This document shows, in pieces, positions 57,754 through 64,000 of a stretch of DNA of 64,000 nucleotides; positions within the stretch are counted from its first letter, which is position 1; each line of letters opens with the position of its first letter. Both the position numbers and the translations under genes were made by a program. The notes below the pieces were generated by a model that was not told where the DNA came from, did not search any database, and saw only the letters and a program-made list of their open reading frames with translations. Origin of the DNA: an uncultured virus (IMG/VR IMGVR_UViG_3300045996_002556) (taxonomy: Duplodnaviria > Heunggongvirae > Uroviricota > Caudoviricetes); IMG/VR virus record IMGVR_UViG_3300045996_002556; one strand, 5' to 3'.

Positions 57754-59799
57754 TTACTGCGGAGCTCCTGGCATCGGCATCATTGGGACTTCGGGCAGCG
57801 GCAACCCGGCCGCATCCCGCTGCGCCGCGATCTGGTGACCGAGCAACTGCCCCGTCTCCTGCGCTTCACCCTCCAGGGCAGCGGCGTGCTCCGCCTCTTC
57901 CTGCGCCGCGAGGGCTTCCTGCCCCAGCGCGGCCTGCTCCTCTGCCTGTCGCTGTTGTTCGGCTTGCTCCTCTTGCAGCATCGACACCACATCCATCTCG
58001 TTCATCAACGTGAACACGCGGATCTGGAACTGGATCGGCATCTGCGGGCTGAGCAGTCCAGCGTTGTGGTAATCGAGGAGCCGCTGCCGCTTGGCCGCGA
58101 TAGAGTCGGAGACCCCTTCACCTTCTTCCAGCCCGACCTCGGTGTTCCCGTAGAGGTCGGAGCCCATGAAGGCCACCGCGCCCGCTTCCACGTTGCGCCC
58201 GAGCGTGCGGATGAGCCGCGGCACGGTATAGAGTTCCTGCGCGTACTCCAACAGCAGTTGGTCAAGCTGCTTCAGGCTGTCGCCAGCAAAGGTCGTCGGG
58301 ATCGCCAGCCGGCTCTCATCCGCCTGCTGCGCCAGATCAATCGCTACCCCGGACGAAAGTCCGGTAGGTGTCGCCCCGGTGGAGGCTTCGTGGATACCGG
58401 CGATGCGCTGCATCCGCTCCACGATCCGGTCCGGCTGCTCCAGGATCTCGGCCGGGGTCGGCGGCGGGGACAGCGGGACCGGAGGGCCGCCCTGCTGGTT
58501 GTACTCCACCACCTCGCCGGGGCCGCTGTGGAGCGCATCCTCCTCGATCTTCGACTCGCGCGCCACGCCCCACTTCGGGCGAGACGTGAACGCCTGGTTT
58601 TCAACCGCTTGGCTTTCAGAGCGGTTCAACTGACGCTGCTGGTCGATCAGATCCTCGACCCAGCCCGAGCCCCACAGGCGGCCCGGTATCCACATCCCGT
58701 AATAGGGGATGAGGGGGAACCGCGCTTTGGGGTGGGGGAGGCTCTGCTCTGCCCAGAGTTGGACGCCGTTAGCGACCACCACGAAGCGCCCGCGGGGATA
58801 CCGCTTACTCTTCGCCTCGTAGTACTCCAGCACGCGCACCGAGTCATCGGGACTATCAGCCGTGCCACCTACCGAAAGGGGCACTCCGCCCCCGGCCGGC
58901 GCTGCCGCATCGCGCTCCATCGCGGCAAAGAGATCAGTTTCCAGGTTGTCGGGCCGGACCAGGATGCCGCGCTCCGGGAACCGCGTGCGCACCCACTCCA
59001 GCGTCCGCACGCGAGCCACCACGGCCCACGACACGTCTTCCCACCACTGCACCGGCTGCGGGAACACGCGCCACACGTCCAGCACTTCCCACTGCACGTC
59101 GCCGATCCACGCTTCCTGACCGCGCACCAGCATCTGCGGCGCGTCCGGCACCTGCCCGAAGCGCGGGTTCGGCTCCTCGAACGCGACCTGCGTGGCGGCC
59201 AGCGGGTCCCAGTAGGGGAGCACAAACGCCGTCCCGTAGATGGTCGAGAGCAATTCGAGCTGGAGGCGCTTCCGATCCCGCGACGTGATGCGATCACAAT
59301 GACGCAGGAACCGGGTGGCGAGCTTTGCGGCCTCGACATCCTGCGGGTCGAGCGGGTTGTTCGGCTGGCCGAAGGTGATGTGTCGCGCCCGCGCTCGCTT
59401 GGCGGCGATGGTGTTCGCCAGCATCTTGATTTGTTGGTCCTTCAGCCGGACGCGCCAGGATGGCACGGAGTCATTCCGCACTAACTGGCGGCGATACGGC
59501 TCCCAGGTCCGGTAGTGGTCTCCGACATAGAACGCGAGACATTCGGCCCACGTCTGCAAGTAGGGATCTTTCGCCCGCTTGGCGGCATCGTAGCGGCGCT
59601 CCACGAAGCGCACGAGGTCGATCTCGCCCTGCGTCGGCTGGAAGTGCGCCAGGATCTCCGCCTGCTCGCGGCGCGACTGCTCCTCCGGGTCGGGATCGGG
59701 GCGAGCGCCGCCGCCCCGGAGCGGAGGCGTGCCGGGGCGTCCGCGGAGGAACGGGGGGATCAGGCCCGCGAACGGGTTGCTGGAAGCAGAGAAGGCCAT
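57754..59799 (-). CDS. Portal protein
   Basis: 681 aa downstream of TerL; AFYVGDHY, FPLIPY, WGSGWVEDLIDQQRQLNR, PGEVVEY, IAGIHEAS.G..SG.AI. Confidence 0.85.
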   Translation of the reverse strand: MAFSASSNPFAGLIPPFLRGRPGTPPLRGGGARPDPDPEEQSRREQAEILAHFQPTQGEIDLVRFVERRYDAAKRAKDPYLQTWAECLAFYVGDHYRTWEPYRRQLVRNDSVPSWRVRLKDQQIKMLANTIAAKRARARHITFGQPNNPLDPQDVEAAKLATRFLRHCDRITSRDRKRLQLELLSTIYGTAFVLPYWDPLAATQVAFEEPNPRFGQVPDAPQMLVRGQEAWIGDVQWEVLDVWRVFPQPVQWWEDVSWAVVARVRTLEWVRTRFPERGILVRPDNLETDLFAAMERDAAAPAGGGVPLSVGGTADSPDDSVRVLEYYEAKSKRYPRGRFVVVANGVQLWAEQSLPHPKARFPLIPYYGMWIPGRLWGSGWVEDLIDQQRQLNRSESQAVENQAFTSRPKWGVARESKIEEDALHSGPGEVVEYNQQGGPPVPLSPPPTPAEILEQPDRIVERMQRIAGIHEASTGATPTGLSSGVAIDLAQQADESRLAIPTTFAGDSLKQLDQLLLEYAQELYTVPRLIRTLGRNVEAGAVAFMGSDLYGNTEVGLEEGEGVSDSIAAKRQRLLDYHNAGLLSPQMPIQFQIRVFTLMNEMDVVSMLQEEQAEQQRQAEEQAALGQEALAAQEEAEHAAALEGEAQETGQLLGHQIAAQRDAAGLPLPEVPMMPMPGAPQ

Positions 59800-59803
59800 G
59801 AGC

Positions 59804-60208
59804 TTAGCGCCACCGAGTTAGCACGCCCCGGCAAAGCGCGGGCCAGGACATCAGGCAACCATCATGCGGAGCGCGAGCGAGGTCGTACGCCGTCCGCAGC
59901 ACCTCGCAATGCATTCGCTTCGATCGGGCGCAGGCCCACCAGAAGGCCCAGGAGGCGACACGCCAGCCATCCGCGCGGGCGTAGATCGCGTCGCCGCTAC
60001 ACGCCTCGTAATCCACCTCGCGCAGCGGCCACGGCAGGCCAGCAACCAAGGAGCGCACTACTCGCGGGACGCGCACCGGCGCCCAGGTCGGGCCTTCCCA
60101 GAGGTAGAGGCGGCGTTCCACGCGGGACACGGCACCCGGGCCGCTGGTCAGGGTGGTAGCGTGGCCGACGTGGCCGGTGATGGTGGCGTAGCGCATGGGT
60201 TTGGGCAT
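59804..60208 (-). CDS. Hypothetical protein
   Basis: Open frame filling the gap before the portal. Confidence 0.5.
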   Translation of the reverse strand: MPKPMRYATITGHVGHATTLTSGPGAVSRVERRLYLWEGPTWAPVRVPRVVRSLVAGLPWPLREVDYEACSGDAIYARADGWRVASWAFWWACARSKRMHCEVLRTAYDLARAPHDGCLMSWPALCRGVLTRWR

Positions 60209-60210
60209 AC

Positions 60211-60243
60211 AAAAAGCCCCCGGACGCAAGGGCGCAGGGGCTT
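60211..60243 (-). terminator. Intrinsic terminator
   Basis: AAGCCCC/GGGGCTT stem with T-tract on the minus strand. Confidence 0.6.
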
Positions 60244-60266
60244 CAATAGGGTTCGGTTAAGAGAGG

Positions 60267-60524
60267 TCAGATCATATCGGGAAGCGCGGCATTCATCTGG
60301 GCTACCCACTCCGCGCGCTGTCGCAATTTGGGCTGGATTACCTGCTCGAACGCTGCGGAATGCGCGGAACGAGGGGTGCGCATCCACATCTCATAATCGA
60401 TCCCCGCCAAGACGTAATGGAGCACCTCGTCAGAGAAGTGCTCGCCGAAAAAATCAATGGAGTGTCGCCGGATCTCCGAGACGAAATGGGCGGGTGCTTT
60501 CGGTTCCGGCAGGGTTATGGTCAC
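60267..60524 (-). CDS. Hypothetical protein
   Basis: GTGA coupling. Confidence 0.55.
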   Translation of the reverse strand: MTITLPEPKAPAHFVSEIRRHSIDFFGEHFSDEVLHYVLAGIDYEMWMRTPRSAHSAAFEQVIQPKLRQRAEWVAQMNAALPDMI

Positions 60525-60766
60525 TGCTCGCTCCTCTCGCGTTCCAACTCGGCTTCGCGCTCATCCGTCCACGGCTTGCGCTTCACCGGCTCTACGGGCA
60601 GCAGGGGCACACCAGGCACTAATCGCTGCAGCAGGGCGAGCCGCTCTTGCTCCCACGCCTTGCGGTCCGCGTCATACTGCTGGCGGTCCCGGTCGCGCAG
60701 GTGGGAGACAGCGACCACGCCGAGGAGCAGGCCGGCGAAGAGGGCGGCGGCGGGGTCAACGTGCAT
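60521..60766 (-). CDS. Small membrane-anchored protein
   Basis: AALFAGLLLGVVAV then charged helix. Confidence 0.6.
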   Translation of the reverse strand: MHVDPAAALFAGLLLGVVAVSHLRDRDRQQYDADRKAWEQERLALLQRLVPGVPLLPVEPVKRKPWTDEREAELERERSEQ

Positions 60767-60959
60767 CGTCGCCTTCGAGCCGCGTCTCCACCGCAAGCCC
60801 GTCCACGTAGCGGCGCTGGATCGCATTGCCGATACGGCCCACGCGAACGACCATCTCCCGCGGAGCGCCGGGCGGGTAGACTCTTGGCCGCGATTGCTCC
60901 CGCGCCATCAGTCGGTCCGCTTCCATCGTGTAAAGAGTTCGGGTTAAGGGGTCCATCAT
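60756..60959 (-). CDS. Hypothetical protein
   Basis: Overlap-coupled. Confidence 0.5.
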   Translation of the reverse strand: MMDPLTRTLYTMEADRLMAREQSRPRVYPPGAPREMVVRVGRIGNAIQRRYVDGLAVETRLEGDDAR

Positions 60960-61055
60960 CGCATCTTCCAGGGGCGCTTGCACTTCAGGCACGCCAGCAC
61001 GCCGTTCAGCAACTCCCAGCGGCAGGTCTTGCATCGCGAGCAGGTCGCCCAGGCA

Positions 61056-61241
61056 TTAGGCATCTGTGGCTCCTGCAACTGCTTCGGCGCGCACGGCGCG
61101 CACGATGGCGTCTTCGAGGTTCTGGAACTCCAGCAGCGCCCCTAGCGCTGCGGCTTCAGCCGATAGGCCCGAATCTTTGGCACGCAGGTGGGACGCCAGT
61201 GCGAGCATCCAGTGCTCGCGATGCTGCTTCGGAGCGTACAT
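61056..61241 (-). CDS. Hypothetical protein
   Basis: GGAGGTG RBS. Confidence 0.6.
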   Translation of the reverse strand: MYAPKQHREHWMLALASHLRAKDSGLSAEAAALGALLEFQNLEDAIVRAVRAEAVAGATDA

Positions 61242-61511
61242 TCACACCTCCCGTAGTCGCAGCGCACGCTCGATCAGCAATGCCAAGTGTTTAAGATCCT
61301 TCTCCATCGCGATCACCCCAAAGCCCCCAGGGGTATGAATCCCCGGCAATGCTGGAGCCCACTCGGCGATTATCTGACGAGCCGCTTCTTCTACTTCGTC
61401 GTCCGCCGTTCTCCCCCAACTCACCAGAGTGATTTGAGAGGGAGTGGTGGGCTCAACTGGAGCGCACTCCAGCGCGGTGGGGCTAGTCTTGATCCACGCC
61501 CATTTCCACAT
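61242..61511 (-). CDS. Hypothetical protein
   Basis: GGAGGT RBS. Confidence 0.6.
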   Translation of the reverse strand: MWKWAWIKTSPTALECAPVEPTTPSQITLVSWGRTADDEVEEAARQIIAEWAPALPGIHTPGGFGVIAMEKDLKHLALLIERALRLREV

Positions 61512-61789
61512 TCACATACCTCCCGTAGTCGGGTCGAGTATTACGAATTCAGGCCACGAAGAGCCTTGGGCTCCCTTCAACCCTTCGTGGAGCCAGTTGC
61601 GAGTATTACGCAGTCGCACCGCCCGCAAAAGCGATGCTCTCGCCGACGATAGATCTGCCCACCATCGGCCAGGATCTGCGTGCCGAGACTTTCCATGTGG
61701 ATCATCAGGCACGGCACTTCACAGCGGCAGGGCGACGGCGCCAAGCGAACATCGGCCAGGATCTCGGTGAGTGGAATTGCTGCTACCAT
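61512..61789 (-). CDS. Hypothetical gene, possibly frameshifted (ORFs 61577-61789 and 61512-61712)
   Basis: Start couples to TerL; the other frame carries the stop and RBS next to the following gene. Confidence 0.35.
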
Positions 61790-63444
61790 TCGGTCCCCAT
61801 ACTGCTACCGGCGGGCCGTTTATTCTTCGCGCGCTGCTCGGTAAGCAGGCGTTCCCACGAGAGCGGTTCGGGTTCCGGCTCGTCGGGGATCGGATCGGGC
61901 AGCGTATTGACGTAATACCGAAGTGTGTCCATGAGGTGGTTGAACTTGTCGATGGGCGTATCGGGGTCCCGCCGCACCATCGCTGCGCGTCCCGTCAGGG
62001 CTGGTGCCCACACCCACCGCTCCGCTTCCCACTGGAACCACCGCAGATTGCTGCCCACCCGCACCAGGTCCGCCGCGAAGTAGCGCTTCGCCCGCAGCGC
62101 CTTCGGGTCGCTGTTGCTTGCGGGTCGCGGATTGAACCACGTCGCGCCGACCTGCTCCGCCGCATCCCGGTACTCGGCGGCATCGGAAGGCAACTCCTGA
62201 CCGGTGCGGCTGCGCTTCAGGTCGAACGCCGACGGGTCCATCAGCGTGTCGATCTCCGGCTGCCCGATGGCAAGCCAGAAGGCATGCAGGATGGTCATGA
62301 CCTCCAGCGGCAGCATCCCGTGGCTGCCGGGCACCTTGGCGCCCTCGTAGACCTCGCCGTAAAGCCAGAGACGCCCCTCGCGGTCCGCTGCGCCCTGCAG
62401 CACCGCGGTGGTGTTCCAGCCCGGGTCAATCACCCACGTATGCCGCCACGCCTTCGGGGGCGGGAAGGGCTGGACGAGGTGTCCGCCCTTCTCTACCGGC
62501 TCCGGGATGAACTCCGCCAGCACGCGCCCCGAGAAGGAACGGAACGCCTCCCGCTCGTTGATCGGGTACTCCTGCGGGAATAGCTCGCGGAGTTCTTTCT
62601 TCTTCTCCCGCCGCCAGAGTAACTGCGGGATGTCGAGCCCGTGCTTCTCGACTAGCTGTTGCTCCTCATGCTCCGCCTCGAAATCTGCCGGGATCTCATC
62701 CACCCGGTAATCGGGATGGAGTGGCCACGGGAAGAACCGCGGCTTGAACACCGAGTCGTCTCGAATAGCGGCACGCTGATACTCGTCGTAATACCAGTTG
62801 CCCATCCCGTTCGCGGTCGTCTCGATGAAGACGTTTCCCGCCTTCGGCACGGCCTGCAGGAGGCCGGAGACGATCTCCTCCGCATCGGGCCAGAACGCGA
62901 CCTCGGAGCAGTGAACGTTGTTAATCGTTCCGCCGCGGCCGAAGTTGCCGGCGCCGGCGGTTCCGACGAAGAAATAAGAGTCCAGCCCCACCCAGGAGAG
63001 TTCGCGCCGGCTGTCGTAGCGGGTCTGCGGTCGTCGCTCGGCGGGCAAGTTCTCGTGGAACCGCTTCACCATCTGGAAGAGGCGCTCCGTGCTCTCCGTG
63101 TCGTGCGCGATGACGACGGTCTGTGTGTTCGGCGTGTTGACCGTATCGAGAAACAGTAACGCCAGGATCAGCGTGGAGAAGCCGAACTGCCGCGCCTTGA
63201 GGATGATCTCCCGGCTGTGGGTAAGCTTGAAATCCCCGTTGCGCCAGCGGGGGCACAGCAGGTCGAGATACTGCTCCTGCACCGGATTGGGCGCCAGGGT
63301 GATGACCGTGCGCTCCTTGGTGCGGATCTTCAGGTCGCTAAGCGTGAACGGCTCCGCCTGCTCCTGCAGGTATGGCGTCAGGTCCGCTGAAAGCTGCGTG
63401 AAGAACGATTGAACGCTGGAGGCGCTGGGCGATCCGGCGGGCAC
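61783..63444 (-). CDS. terL: Terminase large subunit
   Basis: ILKARQFGFST (Walker A), VHCSEVAFW (Walker B), ETTANG, VIDPG, NHLMDTLRY. Confidence 0.93.
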   Translation of the reverse strand: MPAGSPSASSVQSFFTQLSADLTPYLQEQAEPFTLSDLKIRTKERTVITLAPNPVQEQYLDLLCPRWRNGDFKLTHSREIILKARQFGFSTLILALLFLDTVNTPNTQTVVIAHDTESTERLFQMVKRFHENLPAERRPQTRYDSRRELSWVGLDSYFFVGTAGAGNFGRGGTINNVHCSEVAFWPDAEEIVSGLLQAVPKAGNVFIETTANGMGNWYYDEYQRAAIRDDSVFKPRFFPWPLHPDYRVDEIPADFEAEHEEQQLVEKHGLDIPQLLWRREKKKELRELFPQEYPINEREAFRSFSGRVLAEFIPEPVEKGGHLVQPFPPPKAWRHTWVIDPGWNTTAVLQGAADREGRLWLYGEVYEGAKVPGSHGMLPLEVMTILHAFWLAIGQPEIDTLMDPSAFDLKRSRTGQELPSDAAEYRDAAEQVGATWFNPRPASNSDPKALRAKRYFAADLVRVGSNLRWFQWEAERWVWAPALTGRAAMVRRDPDTPIDKFNHLMDTLRYYVNTLPDPIPDEPEPEPLSWERLLTEQRAKNKRPAGSSMGTEW

Positions 63445-64000
63445 AGTCGGGGGACTCCTTGCCGATCTCTTCCACGGCCACCCGGCGCCACTCTTCGAGC
63501 ATCCGGGCGTCAGTCAACTTCTGGATCGCGTCCATTACCAGGGCGCACGTCGAGCGCGTCTCCTGCTGTGTTTTCAGGATCAGTTCGCGAGGGTCGGCAT
63601 GTCGCGGCTCCGCTCCGCCGATCTCTACCACCGCCTCGCCGCGAAAGCGGGAGAGTTCTTCGAGCCCCGCCAGCAAAACATCCAGCGGGGCTTTGCGCTT
63701 CTCAATGCGCGAACCTTTAGGCCCGTCGATCTCGACGCAGTAGTGAACCGTGATCTCGTTTCCGCGCGGGCCGATGTGATAGCGCTCGGGCTCCTCGGCA
63801 TCTCGCAACCAGTCGTCGCACGCATCCATTAGGAGATTGGCGCGACGGACGTTGAGCGCGAGCTGCTCCATCACGTCGATCTGCCGGGCCACATAACGCT
63901 GCGATTCTTGCGGAGCGACCACCGCAGAGACGGTTGTCAGTTGCAGTTGGTTGACACGCTTGTTGACAGCTTGACGGCTCACGCCTTTCTGCCGCGCGAA
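63338..64000 (-). CDS. Putative terminase small subunit, 5'-truncated
   Basis: Frame open to the window end (FARQKGVSRQAVNKR HTH); immediately upstream of TerL. Confidence 0.7.
   Translation of the reverse strand, partial: FARQKGVSRQAVNKRVNQLQLTTVSAVVAPQESQRYVARQIDVMEQLALNVRRANLLMDACDDWLRDAEEPERYHIGPRGNEITVHYCVEIDGPKGSRIEKRKAPLDVLLAGLEELSRFRGEAVVEIGGAEPRHADPRELILKTQQETRSTCALVMDAIQKLTDARMLEEWRRVAVEEIGKESPDCARRIAQRLQRSIVLHAAFSGPDAIPAGAGGAVHA

Larger units (their letters stand above)
1..64000. mobile_element. Tailed phage/prophage segment with podovirus-like morphogenesis module, incomplete at both ends
   Basis: Terminase, portal, capsid, adaptor, nozzle and ejection-type genes plus phage replication genes; dense ATGA/GTGA-coupled small ORFs; no tape measure, tube or sheath gene recognised. 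Confidence 0.93.

Noticed and set aside
1..64000. Many long opposite-strand or alternative-frame ORFs (e.g. 91..1188, 38718..40310, 57835..59484)
   Set aside because: Shadow ORFs expected at high GC; Arg/Pro-rich, and they overlap well-supported genes
1..64000. CRISPR array, reverse transcriptase/DGR, integrase, transposase, endolysin-holin cassette, rRNA
   Set aside because: No repeat-spacer array or diagnostic motifs recognised; these may lie outside the window, and an exhaustive repeat search was not possible by eye

Overview
The whole window is a high-GC tailed-phage or prophage segment, truncated at both ends, with no clear host genes. Left arm (+ strand, 1-17855): Dam-type methyltransferase, DUF5131 protein, GIY-YIG and HNH nucleases, replication initiator with a DnaC/IstB-like loader, ASCH-like proteins, RusA-like resolvase, HAD protein, sigma-70-family factor and SLOG protein. 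Middle (17988-28172): two divergent arrays of small, often Cys-rich genes around an RHH gene and overlapping promoters. Right arm (- strand, 28276-64000): a podovirus-type morphogenesis operon with TerS, TerL, portal, scaffold, major capsid, two adaptor paralogues, nozzle, fibre and three putative ejection proteins. The largest is a 3390-aa lytic-transglycosylase/polyvalent protein. A moron (45890-48669) interrupts this operon. Most notable: a HiPIP-like four-Cys protein directly behind the portal gene; possible L-x-Q processing sites in the giant protein; a two-state terminator/start-site hairpin in front of the nozzle gene; an RHH-SWIM-'dead ImmA/IrrE' cassette; a structured leader with a T-loop before the scaffold gene; and scattered gene lesions. 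All family calls come from motif recognition by eye; no database searches were run.
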